DNA from: an uncultured Poribacteria bacterium
GTDB lineage: Bacteria; Poribacteria; WGA-4E; WGA-3G
DNA length: 64,000 bases
Direction of reading: 5' to 3'
Assembly (NCBI GenBank): GCA_958296135.2
Contig: CATQHZ020000001.1
Location: 1,984,001 to 2,048,000 of the forward strand
Shown here: piece after piece, positions 9,164-19,165 of the stretch
How the letters are laid out: each line of letters opens with the position of its first letter
How positions within the stretch are numbered: position 1 is the stretch's first letter
The notes under the pieces: model-generated
What the model saw: the letters and a program-made list of their open reading frames with translations, nothing else
What the model was told of the DNA's origin: nothing
Database searches by the model: none
Translations under genes and position numbers: made by a program

Positions 9164-10012
9164 CTACCTCAGAATCCGCTGATCGCTCAGATCCTTGCCG
9201 CCCACCGTTTTCACAATAGACGCACCACGCCACTCTAAGACTTCAAGCGCGTGGAACGCGTTGACAATGTTATACTGCGTCGGCAAGTCCTCCCAGCGCG
9301 CTTTATGGAATTGCACCGTCCCTTCGCCGCGCCAATGCGCTTTAACGACGCGATTCGGCGTGCGCGCCGGCGTTAGCACCGCATACGCAACATCCGCAGT
9401 GCCCCATTCCCCGGTCCGCGGCATGTATTTATAGTGCAAGGTCCCGGTGAGCGGCTGTTCACCACCCTCCTGCTTCGGCGGGGGCTGCGAATTCTCCACC
9501 GGCACCTGTTCCGTCGCGCGCACGTGCATGTCCATAAACTTAAAACCGAGCCAACTGGCGGTGCAGTGCGTCTCGCCGTTGAACGTCAGAGGTTCCGGGA
9601 GCTCACAGTAAATTTTCGAGAAGCCTAACTCCTCGCGGCCTGTCAAAATCGGATCGGTGAGGTTCTCCCAGAGCACCGTGAGAAATGAACCGGTAGCGCG
9701 GTCTGCCTTGCCGGTGAAAACGACAGGGAAACTGACCCCGAGCGTGTTATAGCCGCGCCCCGCCAGCCACTCAATCTCCTTCATATAACCGCCTGACACC
9801 GACACAACAGGTTCGCCGTTGAGCGCGAAGCCTTCGGGCAAGAATGCTTCTAATTGTTCGCGGTTCGTCAGGAAACTCACCGAAATCGATGTGGACTTCG
9901 GGTTGTCCTTACACTCAAATTTTCTGCCCTCGGGCCCGAATCTGGGGCCAGTCCTCGGTCCAAAATGCGTGGGCATCCGGTACATTGCGTTCGCATCGAA
10001 TGTGTATCCCAT
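9164..10012 (-). CDS. Acetoacetate decarboxylase family protein
   Basis: LWENLTDPILTGREELGFSKIY motif; YRMPTHFGP start. Confidence 0.8.
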   Translation of the reverse strand: MGYTFDANAMYRMPTHFGPRTGPRFGPEGRKFECKDNPKSTSISVSFLTNREQLEAFLPEGFALNGEPVVSVSGGYMKEIEWLAGRGYNTLGVSFPVVFTGKADRATGSFLTVLWENLTDPILTGREELGFSKIYCELPEPLTFNGETHCTASWLGFKFMDMHVRATEQVPVENSQPPPKQEGGEQPLTGTLHYKYMPRTGEWGTADVAYAVLTPARTPNRVVKAHWRGEGTVQFHKARWEDLPTQYNIVNAFHALEVLEWRGASIVKTVGGKDLSDQRILR

Positions 10013-10194
10013 TTCGTTCCTCCATTTTACGTGGGTGATATGTCTCTATTATATGGATATGCGGTGTAATGTCAAGGAATTCTTGTCTGAATCTTGTCAT
10101 CGCGGGCTTTTTCTTCCGGTAGGTGCACGCCCCTGCGCGGCAAACAAACCTCTTAATCATCTTATAAACCCGCGATTCAGCAAGAATAAGCCCC

Positions 10195-10223
10195 TTGACA
10201 AAAAAGCGAAAACGGATTAAAAT
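10195..10223 (+). promoter_or_regulatory. sigma70-type promoter
   Basis: TTGACA-17 nt-TAAAAT. A divergent TTGACA-16-TATAAT lies on the minus strand at 10048-10075. Confidence 0.6.
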
Positions 10224-10250
10224 TGAAGAAAAATAAGGATAGGAGAGAAA

Positions 10251-11060
10251 ATGAAACTCGCGATATGCAACGAGATGTTTGAAAATTGGAAGATTGAGGA
10301 CGTTTTTGCCTACACCGCTGAGCTCGGCTACGAGGCGGTAGAAATCGCGCCGTTTACGCTGGCAGACTCAGTGCTAGACATCAGCCAAACTGAACGCGCG
10401 CGCATCCGAAAAGCCGCCGACGCAGCGAAAATAGAAATCGCCGGTCTCCACTGGCTGCTCGTCTCGCCGCCGGGACTCTATATCAACCACCCGGATGCAG
10501 AAATTCGGAGCGACACGCGGGACTATTTCCTCGCACTCATCGAATTATGCGCGGACTTAGGCGGGCGCGTCATGGTAATCGGTTCACCGCAGCAACGGAA
10601 CGTCATGGAGCCGCTCACCTTTGAAGAGGCGTGGGGCTACGCGCGCGAAACGTTCGCAGAAGGCGCAGAACTCGCAGGCAACAGAAATGTGATGCTGTGC
10701 ATGGAACCGCTGTCCAGCGATCAGACGAACTTCATTACAAACCCCGACAAAGCGGTGGAGATGGTGGACGCTGTCAATCACCCGAATTTTCAGATGATTC
10801 TGGATGTCTGCAGCACTGCAAAGGAAGACTTGGACATGCCGACGCAGATTCATAACTGCGCGCCGCATGTCGCGCACTTCCACTCCAACGACGACAACGG
10901 CTACCTCCCCGGCTCCGGTAACGTGGACTATCCCCCCATCATTGAGGCGTTGAAGGCGATTGATTATCGCGGCTATGTCTCAACGGAAGTTTTCGATTTC
11001 ACACCAGATCCGAAGACAATTGCGAAGCGGAGCATTGATTTTCTGAAGACGCTCATTTGA
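10251..11060 (+). CDS. Sugar phosphate isomerase/epimerase (xylose isomerase-like TIM barrel)
   Basis: CMEPL, ILDVC, HFHSND, PGSGNVDY, VSTEVF metal ligands. Confidence 0.88.
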   Translation: MKLAICNEMFENWKIEDVFAYTAELGYEAVEIAPFTLADSVLDISQTERARIRKAADAAKIEIAGLHWLLVSPPGLYINHPDAEIRSDTRDYFLALIELCADLGGRVMVIGSPQQRNVMEPLTFEEAWGYARETFAEGAELAGNRNVMLCMEPLSSDQTNFITNPDKAVEMVDAVNHPNFQMILDVCSTAKEDLDMPTQIHNCAPHVAHFHSNDDNGYLPGSGNVDYPPIIEALKAIDYRGYVSTEVFDFTPDPKTIAKRSIDFLKTLI

Positions 11061-11083
11061 TAGGATTTACGCGGCAGGACTCG

Positions 11084-11110
11084 GTAGGCGCGCTTACAAC
11101 GCGCGCCTAC
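11084..11110. repeat. GTAG-type REP-like palindrome (family A) between convergent genes
   Basis: GTAGGCGCGCTTACAACGCGCGCCTAC. Confidence 0.75.
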
Positions 11111-12345
11111 GGGGATTTATGAAGCACATTTTTCAACAACTCCGTATAGATTGCCTCTGTCAATACCGTATTCTTTTCGCTGCTAAACAACTGTTCTGCC
11201 CGCAAGCGCGCCGCCTTGCCCATGGCCGTTAACCTACCCCGGTCGGCTGCCAACGTGGCAATTGCAGAAGCAATCGCCGATGCATCTTCGGGCGGCACCA
11301 ACATCCCCGTTTCTGGTGTAATCAACTCCTTGCTCCCGCCGAGCGGCGTAGCGATGACAGGTTTGCCGACGGCCATCGCCTCAATAATCGTGCGCGGGCA
11401 TGCTTCAGGAATAATAGACGGCACCAGCACGATGTCAAGCAGGGATGTTACGACGCGCGTATCGGCTAGAAATCCGGTGAAGATGACGCTGTCTGCAACG
11501 CCTAAATCCGCAACCTCTTGCTGGAGTGCAGCCATATACTCCATGTCTTTTTGGAAATAGGGACCGCCGACGATGAGGAGTTTCATGTCGGATGGGCAGG
11601 GTTGGCAGGCCGCTCTCTCCCTCAATTCTGCCATTGCCCTTACCAAAAAGTGGATACCCTTTTCTGGCGTAATTCGGGTGACAACCCCTATGCTTATAGG
11701 GTTGGCGTGCGGACAAAGCGCGGCTACAGTCGCCGCCAACAGTTCCGCGCGAAGCGTTTCCACTTCTGCCTCCGTTGCCTGAAAAGCCTCCAAATCGACA
11801 CCGTTGTAGATTAAGGTTTGCTTCTCTGATGGTGCGAAGTCCCACCGTGTTGCTTCCGAAACCAAAATCACGCGATGCAGAAGCCTTTCACAGAGCCTGT
11901 CCAAAACGCCGTAGGAGGTGGCATACCGCTTATGCATCACAATCGGGATGCGGTGCCATCTCGCCACGATGCCGCCGAGCAAGGCTACCGACAGAGAATT
12001 GGCATGGATGAGCTTGATTGCGTGCCGCTTTACAACCCGATGAAGTTGATAAATCGCCTGGAGATGCCCGAAATCGTCAAGAATATCGCCGAAAGTAAAC
12101 CGCCGCGTCCTATCGGCTCTATCCAATTTGTTATGCGCCGCGGGCAGAGACAAAGGGACGACGTGCGCGTCCGTATTCGCCACTTCTGCAGCGAGAGGAC
12201 TGTCACTCATGCACCCGACAAAAGGACGAAAACGACTTTTATCTAACCGGTTGATTAGCAGTAGCAGACTCCGTTGTCCACCACCGATGCCGGAACCGCT
12301 ATCCAGATACAGGATGTTGCACTGTGAAGTGTCGGACGTTTTCAT
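11107..12345 (-). CDS. Glycosyltransferase family 4
   Basis: GGGQRS, IYNGVD, RITPEKG, EACPRTIIEAMAVGKPVIA. Confidence 0.9.
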   Translation of the reverse strand: MKTSDTSQCNILYLDSGSGIGGGQRSLLLLINRLDKSRFRPFVGCMSDSPLAAEVANTDAHVVPLSLPAAHNKLDRADRTRRFTFGDILDDFGHLQAIYQLHRVVKRHAIKLIHANSLSVALLGGIVARWHRIPIVMHKRYATSYGVLDRLCERLLHRVILVSEATRWDFAPSEKQTLIYNGVDLEAFQATEAEVETLRAELLAATVAALCPHANPISIGVVTRITPEKGIHFLVRAMAELRERAACQPCPSDMKLLIVGGPYFQKDMEYMAALQQEVADLGVADSVIFTGFLADTRVVTSLLDIVLVPSIIPEACPRTIIEAMAVGKPVIATPLGGSKELITPETGMLVPPEDASAIASAIATLAADRGRLTAMGKAARLRAEQLFSSEKNTVLTEAIYTELLKNVLHKSP

Positions 12346-12733
12346 CTTCCCACCTGATGTCAATTCTTACACACCGCATCGGCAACGCAGCCGCCATCCG
12401 CTCGGCCCATTCAACGATGCAAATGCCGTCTGCCTCTATATATTCCGTTAACCCGAGGTCTGCAATTTCCGCGGCGTTTTCCAGTCGATACAGATCGATG
12501 TGATAGATAGGGATTGTTCCCTTGTATTCATTGATGAGAATATAGGAGGGGCTGCTGACGACTTCGCCCGGGGCGATGCCAACGCCGCGCGCGATGCCTT
12601 GTGTCAAGCAGGTTTTGCCTGTCCCGAGGTCGCCGATAAGCGCGATAACATCGCCCGGTTTCAACGTTTTACCGAGCTGCTCGCCGAGTGCCCGCGTCTC
12701 CTCCGGGCTGTGCGTCTTAAATGTCTGTTTCAT
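12299..12733 (-). CDS. tsaE: tRNA threonylcarbamoyladenosine biosynthesis ATPase TsaE
   Basis: GDLGTGKT, SSPSYILINEY, YHIDLYRL, IVEWAE. Confidence 0.93.
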   Translation of the reverse strand: MKQTFKTHSPEETRALGEQLGKTLKPGDVIALIGDLGTGKTCLTQGIARGVGIAPGEVVSSPSYILINEYKGTIPIYHIDLYRLENAAEIADLGLTEYIEADGICIVEWAERMAAALPMRCVRIDIRWEDENVRHFTVQHPVSG

Positions 12734-14246
12734 ACGTTCCTGCCGCGCAGCGCAAGATGTCCTCTTCCGTCACGTTGTCATTGATAAATTCGCCGGTGAG
12801 TTTGCCTTCGTGTAGCACCAAAATCCGGTCGCTTATCCCCAAGATTTCAGGGAGTTCCGATGAGACAAACACAATCGCAAGTCCTTCTGCTGCGAGTTGC
12901 GCTATCAGCGCGTGAATCTCCGCCTTCGCGCCTACATCAATCCCGCGCGTCGGTTCATCGAGGAATAATATCTCCGGACGCGTCATCAGCCACTTGCCTA
13001 AAACCACTTTTTGTTGATTTCCGCCGCTGAGATGGCTAACTGGCACCGTGAGCGACGCGGTTTTAATGCGGAGGGACTCCACATAGTGGTTGCATTTTTC
13101 AAATTCGGCACTGCGGTTGATGATGCTTTCAGTGTGCCCTAGGTTGGCAAGCGTCATATTGCAGGCGACATCGGCATCCAGAATAAGCCCGTATCGTTTC
13201 CGGTCTTCGCTAACAAGCCCCATCTTGTGCCGAATGGCGTCGCGAGGCGTGCGGTTCCTTACGGCTATATGATTGATAAACACATCGCCGCTCCAGCTGC
13301 CAGAATACGCGCCGAAGAGCACGTTAATGAGTTCAGTTCTACCTGCCCCCATCAGTCCCGCGAGCCCGAGGATTTCGCCGCGCCGCACCTCAAAACTGAT
13401 TGCATCAAGCCGTGGTGGTTCCAAAGAATCAGTGCTGAGATTTGCAACGCGCAATGCTACCTGTTTTTGCACGCGCGCGGCCCCCTCACGTTTTGGAAAG
13501 CGCGCCGCCCGTGAAAATTCCCTACCTACCATCTGCGAGATGAGCATCGGCTCAGTGCATGCCGCAACGGCTTGCGTTGCCACCGTTTTGCCATCGCGGA
13601 GCACCGTCACCCTGTCCGCGCCCTGAAAAATCTCCTTGAGTTTGTGCGTAATATAGATGCATGCCACACCCTTTTCTTGTAATTGCGCGAGGATCTGGCG
13701 GAGTGTCTTCACTTCGTTTTCAGTTAACGCTGCTGTCGGTTCATCAAGCACGAGCAGGCGCGCGTTGCGAGAGAGTGCCTTCGCGATTTCCACCAACTGC
13801 TGCTGTCCAATGCCGAGTTCATGGACAGAGGTCTGTAACGGCAGTGTCAACCCGAATTGCGAGAGCAACTGCGCTGCATCGCGATACAGACGGTGCTTGT
13901 CAATGATACCGAAGCGGCGCGGTTCCTGGCCTAAATAGATGTTCTCCGCTACCGTCATCTCTGAAATGAGTGCCAATTCCTGATGAATGACTGCAATGCC
14001 GGCTCGTTCCGCGTCGCGCACGCTATGGAAACGCTGTTCCTTGCCATCGATGCGCAACTGTCCATCGTAAGTTCCATGCGGATGCACCGCACCGAGGATC
14101 TTGATTAATGTCGATTTACCGGCACCGTTTTCGCCACAGAGCGCGTGAATCTCGCCGGCCTGCACCTCAAACGATACGTCGTCTAGGGCGCGCACGCCGG
14201 GAAAATCTTTCGTGATGGACTGCATCTGGAGAAGCGGCGTTGTCAT
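12717..14246 (-). CDS. Sugar ABC transporter ATP-binding protein (XylG/RbsA type)
   Basis: Two ABC domains: GENGAGKST, LDEPT, LSGGNQQK, DEPTRGIDVGAK. Confidence 0.92.
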   Translation of the reverse strand: MTTPLLQMQSITKDFPGVRALDDVSFEVQAGEIHALCGENGAGKSTLIKILGAVHPHGTYDGQLRIDGKEQRFHSVRDAERAGIAVIHQELALISEMTVAENIYLGQEPRRFGIIDKHRLYRDAAQLLSQFGLTLPLQTSVHELGIGQQQLVEIAKALSRNARLLVLDEPTAALTENEVKTLRQILAQLQEKGVACIYITHKLKEIFQGADRVTVLRDGKTVATQAVAACTEPMLISQMVGREFSRAARFPKREGAARVQKQVALRVANLSTDSLEPPRLDAISFEVRRGEILGLAGLMGAGRTELINVLFGAYSGSWSGDVFINHIAVRNRTPRDAIRHKMGLVSEDRKRYGLILDADVACNMTLANLGHTESIINRSAEFEKCNHYVESLRIKTASLTVPVSHLSGGNQQKVVLGKWLMTRPEILFLDEPTRGIDVGAKAEIHALIAQLAAEGLAIVFVSSELPEILGISDRILVLHEGKLTGEFINDNVTEEDILRCAAGTYETDI

Positions 14247-14388
14247 TTTGGTTACACATCCTATACACGGGACTACAGGCGGATCTAATCTGCCCTTACA
14301 AAGGTGCGCGGTTTTAAACCGCGCCTACGGGGTTCGTTGGTTCCCCCAGACCCGAGGGTTCAAGAATCTCAGGACTGCGAGGTCCATC

Positions 14389-17352
14389 CTACTGGGAAGA
14401 ATTCGCGAAGCGCGCTAATTCATGCCGCAGCCGCTGCGGATCGCGGCACACATGGAAACGCCATGTTCCGAGTTCCCGCCAGTTATTAACAGCCGAAACC
14501 CACCGCTTCGCCGCCTCATGTTTGGCAAGTGCCTGATCTGGTTCAAATCCCTTAATCTCCAAAATGAGATGGATACCGTTCGCGAGCCGGACGATGAAAT
14601 CTGGTTCGTAGGCGTGAGAAACGCCGGTGTATTCATACGGAATGCTCAACCCAAGCCGGTCATTCCGGACATAGCCCATTACCTCTTCAGAATGCTCCAG
14701 CCAGAAACAGGCAGAACGTTCCCACGTGTCCGTATCCAGCACGACTTGGTTGACATGGCTCTTTTGCGTTCCATGACAAGGACGCGCCGTGAGAAAATTC
14801 ACGTTTGCCGACGTGCCGATAGGCTCGTAACGGTTCAAAATGGGTAGCAACGGGACTTCGCCGCGCGTCTCATTCGGCTGAATGGCCGCCAAAAGGCGTT
14901 CCTCGACAAGCGTCACATACCGCTCTTGCGCCAGAGCCAACGGATTCTCCCCGCGGAAGTCCACCTTTTTCTCAACGTAGTCATCCACGAACCGAAATAC
15001 CTGCGGAAAGAGCCGGTGCCGAGAGTGCAGGCCGAGTTTTGCCCCGCGCTGTTTCGTGCTATTGTCTATCAATTTTTGGACAATCTGATGCGCTATTGTG
15101 AACTTAACCGCCTGAAGGTGCGTCGTCTTGTAAAAAGCCGCTTTATCATGGACGACGGTCTGCCCAGGGCCCAAGAGGGATGGGGAGCCGGTATCATAAC
15201 CTACAGAGGGTTTGACGAACGTCGCAGTCGGATTCCGGTCCGGTTGCAGGTGGAGCGGCTCCATCGCGTTGATGTCCGCCTTGAGCTCGTTTTTGCGGAG
15301 CGCGAAGACGTAGCCTTCAACGTTCGGGAATCTTATCTCAAAATCTGCCCGCTCTGGCATCGCCCGGACATGATTCTTCGGCCTGTCAATCGGTTCAGGT
15401 TTGCCAGTAGGGCGGCCCTTGAACGGAATCACCGAAAACGGGATGCCGTAGACATCAACATACTCTTCGGTGAGCAGGCCCGTCCCCGGGTCCGGCGTAT
15501 AACTCATGCGGCGCAGCCCACGCCCGACTACCTGTTCACAGAGTAGCTGACTGCTGAAGGCGCGCAATCCCAGAATATGCGTGACATTATTCGCATCCCA
15601 TCCTTCGTTGAGCATCGCCACTGAGACGACACACCGAACCTGCTCTCCCGGTTGCCCCTTCTTTCCGATTGTGGCGACAATCCGCCGCAAATCCTCCGCG
15701 GCTTGCGTCCGGTTCTTGCTCGGGTCGGCATTTTCTGCCTCGGCCAGCATTCTGCTATCAATTCGCAGCGTTCTTAAGACACCTTCACTATTGGATAGAA
15801 AATCAGGAAACAGCGCGCCCTGCCCGTAGTCTGTCTGTTTTCTCGCTTTCCCCTTTTTGCTGTTTTGTTCCACAACCTCCACAACTTTCTCGCCGGAGAT
15901 TTTACGGAAAAAGAACGCCGCGATATCGGTATTGGCACACACGATGATGATGACAGGCGGCGTTTTCTCCTGTGCATCGGACGCTTCTTGGATGTATTCA
16001 AAGCGTTCTTTCCACTGGCTTGCCAGCGTGATGAGCGCGCCTTCCGCTTCCCGATAAACTGCCGCCGGCCCGGGCCTTCCACCCCTCAGCCGTTCTGCCG
16101 GCAAAATCTCGTCGTTAATCGTCTTCCAAAGTCGGAAGAACTTCGGTTCCGGTCGGCCGGTGCTATCGCTGACTGGCAAGCGTGGAATCTTGGTAATGCC
16201 GCTCTCGATCGCATCCACTAATCCAAAATCGCTGACGAGCCACGGGAAAGGCGAACCTTCCGGATGTCCGCTGCCGTGGATGTAAAACGGCGTAGCGGAG
16301 AGATCGACGCAGAACCGCACGCCGCACGCTTGATTCATCCGGTCCAAGCCGCTAATCCACACGGTGGCTTCTTCACGTTCCTTTTTTGCATCGGCGGATA
16401 ACTTCTCATCGGTAGCCGCGGGCCGATAGGCGTGATGTCCCTCATCGTTCAGCACCATGAGCGGGGCGCGTTCGTAGAGCTCGCCCAAGACGCGCCGCGC
16501 AAAAGCGTCCGGGGTTTCCTCTCCCTTATCGACAACATCGTAGGTTTGGCCCCCCTCGTGATGCGGCGACTCCAGCGCGAATTGATGCCAATTGGTAACC
16601 AGCACCTTCCCCTTGTTCAGCAACGGGCGAAGCTTCGTCGGGATGAGCGTGAATTCATCGTAGTAGTTATCCACAGATTCCGGACGCAAGACCTGGAGGC
16701 GTTGCTTAATCGTCAAGTTTGGACAGACGACCAGGGCGGCAGCAGGAAACCGCTCATCGGATGGCACTTTCCCGCGGTTGCAAAACGCCCAGGCGATGAG
16801 CATCGCCATCACTACCGTCTTGCCGCTGCCTGTCGCCATTTTGCATCCATAGCGGATGAGCTCCGTGAGTTCTGCCGTGTTCGGCGCGTCTACCAGTTTG
16901 CTGAGTGCTGCAGCACTGAATTGCGGTTTAAACCGTGGCCCTCTGCCGCCCCGGAGAATCTCAACGAGATAGATAATCGTCTCAACCGCTTCGCGTTGGC
17001 AAAAGAACAGCCGATGCTTTAGATTATCGCTTGCCCAGTGCCGCAGCAGCTCGCGAGTGACAGGCGTGACGTTCGGGTAATTCGTTTCGCGCCACCGTTT
17101 CACATCGGCGCGGAGCGCGTTGACTATCGGCAAATCGTCGCGCTCTTCCTCTTGGATGAACTGCATCTGCTGCTGTTCGCTGCCGGTGCGCTGCGTCTTA
17201 TACCAATAGCCTGCCTCGCGCCGGCCGGGATTTTTGACAGCCTCACCGGTGTCGGTATCGTAAACCCAATGATCGCTGGGCTCCTCGTAAGGACTGCACA
17301 AGATAGGCTGTTCAACCGGTTGAATCGGGATTTCAAGCTGATTTTTGTTCAT
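14389..17352 (-). CDS. res: Type III restriction enzyme Res subunit (helicase plus nuclease)
   Basis: KMATGSGKT, NDEGHH, LSATP, EGWD, QVVGRGLRR, C-terminal YEPDFIV...LEIKG. Confidence 0.88.
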   Translation of the reverse strand: MNKNQLEIPIQPVEQPILCSPYEEPSDHWVYDTDTGEAVKNPGRREAGYWYKTQRTGSEQQQMQFIQEEERDDLPIVNALRADVKRWRETNYPNVTPVTRELLRHWASDNLKHRLFFCQREAVETIIYLVEILRGGRGPRFKPQFSAAALSKLVDAPNTAELTELIRYGCKMATGSGKTVVMAMLIAWAFCNRGKVPSDERFPAAALVVCPNLTIKQRLQVLRPESVDNYYDEFTLIPTKLRPLLNKGKVLVTNWHQFALESPHHEGGQTYDVVDKGEETPDAFARRVLGELYERAPLMVLNDEGHHAYRPAATDEKLSADAKKEREEATVWISGLDRMNQACGVRFCVDLSATPFYIHGSGHPEGSPFPWLVSDFGLVDAIESGITKIPRLPVSDSTGRPEPKFFRLWKTINDEILPAERLRGGRPGPAAVYREAEGALITLASQWKERFEYIQEASDAQEKTPPVIIIVCANTDIAAFFFRKISGEKVVEVVEQNSKKGKARKQTDYGQGALFPDFLSNSEGVLRTLRIDSRMLAEAENADPSKNRTQAAEDLRRIVATIGKKGQPGEQVRCVVSVAMLNEGWDANNVTHILGLRAFSSQLLCEQVVGRGLRRMSYTPDPGTGLLTEEYVDVYGIPFSVIPFKGRPTGKPEPIDRPKNHVRAMPERADFEIRFPNVEGYVFALRKNELKADINAMEPLHLQPDRNPTATFVKPSVGYDTGSPSLLGPGQTVVHDKAAFYKTTHLQAVKFTIAHQIVQKLIDNSTKQRGAKLGLHSRHRLFPQVFRFVDDYVEKKVDFRGENPLALAQERYVTLVEERLLAAIQPNETRGEVPLLPILNRYEPIGTSANVNFLTARPCHGTQKSHVNQVVLDTDTWERSACFWLEHSEEVMGYVRNDRLGLSIPYEYTGVSHAYEPDFIVRLANGIHLILEIKGFEPDQALAKHEAAKRWVSAVNNWRELGTWRFHVCRDPQRLRHELARFANSSQ

Positions 17353-17782
17353 AGTGCGTAGATTCCTCCGTAACCGCGGTTGCATGCGTCAGTTGCGATG
17401 CAGTAGGAGAGACCTCCTGGTCTCGCTCCTCCGCCACCGCGGTTGTTGCATGCATCAGTTTCCTCCTCACGAGTGCGTAGAGGCTCATCTGCGACTTCGC
17501 GGCCTCGTCTGCGAGGGAGCGGTAAAGTTGTTCTTCAACAGGAACACTGACAGGTCCAACATACCCCTCCCGCGACGAGGGTTGCGGCAGAGGTTCACCG
17601 TCGGCTTGATAACAGTCTTTCATTAACTGCCATGCCGTTTTTAACTCGGTTAACGCTTTGGCCGGAGTTGGCCCGAAAGCTGAGACATTGGGCATCTCAA
17701 CAAGGTGCGCGAGATAATCACCATCTTCATCAAAGAAGAGGTTGACTGCGAAGCCATCAAATTCGTCGTGATTTTTTTGCAT
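17333..17782 (-). CDS. HicB-like antitoxin
   Basis: DEDGDYLAHLVEMPNVSAFGPTPAKAL...GEPLPQP plus an RHH-like LYRSLADEAAKSQMSL; no hicA seen. Confidence 0.75.
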   Translation of the reverse strand: MQKNHDEFDGFAVNLFFDEDGDYLAHLVEMPNVSAFGPTPAKALTELKTAWQLMKDCYQADGEPLPQPSSREGYVGPVSVPVEEQLYRSLADEAAKSQMSLYALVRRKLMHATTAVAEERDQEVSPTASQLTHATAVTEESTHYEQKSA

Positions 17783-18797
17783 CTTCTGCCAAAGGGAAAC
17801 CAATGGCCCATTCATTCCAAATCTCGTTAGTTAACGCACCGCCAGCCTCAACGCGATGACGAACTTTTTCGCTGTATATTGAACTTGGCCACTGGCGCGT
17901 CGGTCCACCAGATTCGCGAGCAAAGTTCCTCAGGATTTCATAATAACTCGCTAAATCTCGTAGAGCCAGGTTTTCCCAAGCGAGCATTCGCGACAAAGAA
18001 TAAATAAAGACACCAATCGGAGTGAAAGGCTTAACTGGGTTATCAGGCGAGAAGGTGTATCCAATATAGTTACTAAGTGCCGAGCCATCAGGACCGAATG
18101 CCAAACACATTGGAGTTATAATTGAAGTTATAGTAGCCTCATCCAAACGACCTGCATTCTTAGCAATCAGTTGTCGTGGGCTCATGAACGTTATTTTCTG
18201 CACTGCCCATGTAGCAAGATCTGCAACACAGAGCACATCAAGGCATTCACGAGGATGCGAAATGTGCGACTGGTCGGATTCTAACAATCTCGTCGTAACA
18301 TTTTCCCGGGGTTTGGAGTTCTCCCCCTTCCAAGAGTGGGAATGCGCTAACAACCCATAGATAACGGGGGCATGCAGCTCCTGGTAGGGCGTTCCTACCC
18401 GGGACGGGCACAAATTTTTAATCAGCGCGCAGGTTTTTACTGCTTCTTCAATGTGCGATGCCTTCAAGGTAGTTTTGCATTCAAACGCAGCGGCGACACC
18501 TGCAGCTAAATACAATTTCTTGTTAAGCAACTTCTTGGGATACACATCCTTTAACACGAGCACATCAATCTGTGGACTCGTGCGTCCATCCTGACTGATG
18601 ATTCGCCCTTTTGTAACGACTTTATAGGTAGAAGGTATCCATCCCTGCAATAGTTCAGCCCAATTCTCCTCGCCTTGGTCGCCGGCGGTTCCCGGGTCTT
18701 TGGTTGCCCGTTTTTGAATGCGGTTGTATTCCGCGGCCATCTCGTCGCTAGTCTGCTGCAGGAAATCGTGTAGTTCGTGATTCATATTTTCAGACAT
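17757..18797 (-). CDS. DUF6602-like putative PD-(D/E)XK nuclease
   Basis: DPGTAGDQGEENW, SPQIDVLV, AAFECKTTL; visibly more AT-rich than its neighbours. Confidence 0.65.
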   Translation of the reverse strand: MSENMNHELHDFLQQTSDEMAAEYNRIQKRATKDPGTAGDQGEENWAELLQGWIPSTYKVVTKGRIISQDGRTSPQIDVLVLKDVYPKKLLNKKLYLAAGVAAAFECKTTLKASHIEEAVKTCALIKNLCPSRVGTPYQELHAPVIYGLLAHSHSWKGENSKPRENVTTRLLESDQSHISHPRECLDVLCVADLATWAVQKITFMSPRQLIAKNAGRLDEATITSIITPMCLAFGPDGSALSNYIGYTFSPDNPVKPFTPIGVFIYSLSRMLAWENLALRDLASYYEILRNFARESGGPTRQWPSSIYSEKVRHRVEAGGALTNEIWNEWAIGFPLAEDAKKSRRI

Positions 18798-18909
18798 ATC
18801 TCACTCCGGCGCGTTCAATTTGAGGCCGAGACAGAAAATTGAATAGACAACGTGTTTTTTTCGTCACCCACTTCGTCTCACGATGCTAAAGTCACGCGAC
18901 AATTGCCAA

Positions 18910-18988
18910 CTATAAACATGTCGCACCTTACGGTGCTCAAGAAGGAAACGCGCTGCATACTATAAACATGTCACTCCTAACGGAGTTA
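18910..18988. repeat. Tandem pair of CTATAAACATGTC-hairpin elements
   Basis: CTATAAACATGTCGCACCTTACGGTGC and CTATAAACATGTCACTCCTAACGGAGT, each ending in a small hairpin. Confidence 0.65.
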
Positions 18989-19006
18989 GGTTGCCAATGT
19001 TTTAAA

Positions 19007-19036
19007 ATGATAACACATGCAAACGCGTTTGTCAAG
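19007..19036 (-). promoter_or_regulatory. sigma70 promoter, copy 1 of an exact 30-bp direct repeat
   Basis: Minus strand CTTGACAAACGCGTTTGCATGTGTTATCAT = TTGACA-17-TATCAT; identical to 19824-19853. Confidence 0.8.
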
Positions 19037-19165
19037 TCAATTAGATATGCAACCGGAACCATTTCGTTTTTTTGATAACACTGTCGTTTGCGCACGGAGA
19101 ACTAAAACAGGTCGCGTGTTATCAAGCCCCACCTATTTGGAGAGGGGACAGACGCTGCCGCGCTT

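Noticed and set aside
12717-14246. Sugar ABC ATPase lacking adjacent permease and binding-protein genes
   Set aside because: The partners may be elsewhere in the genome; this is not informative from the window alone.
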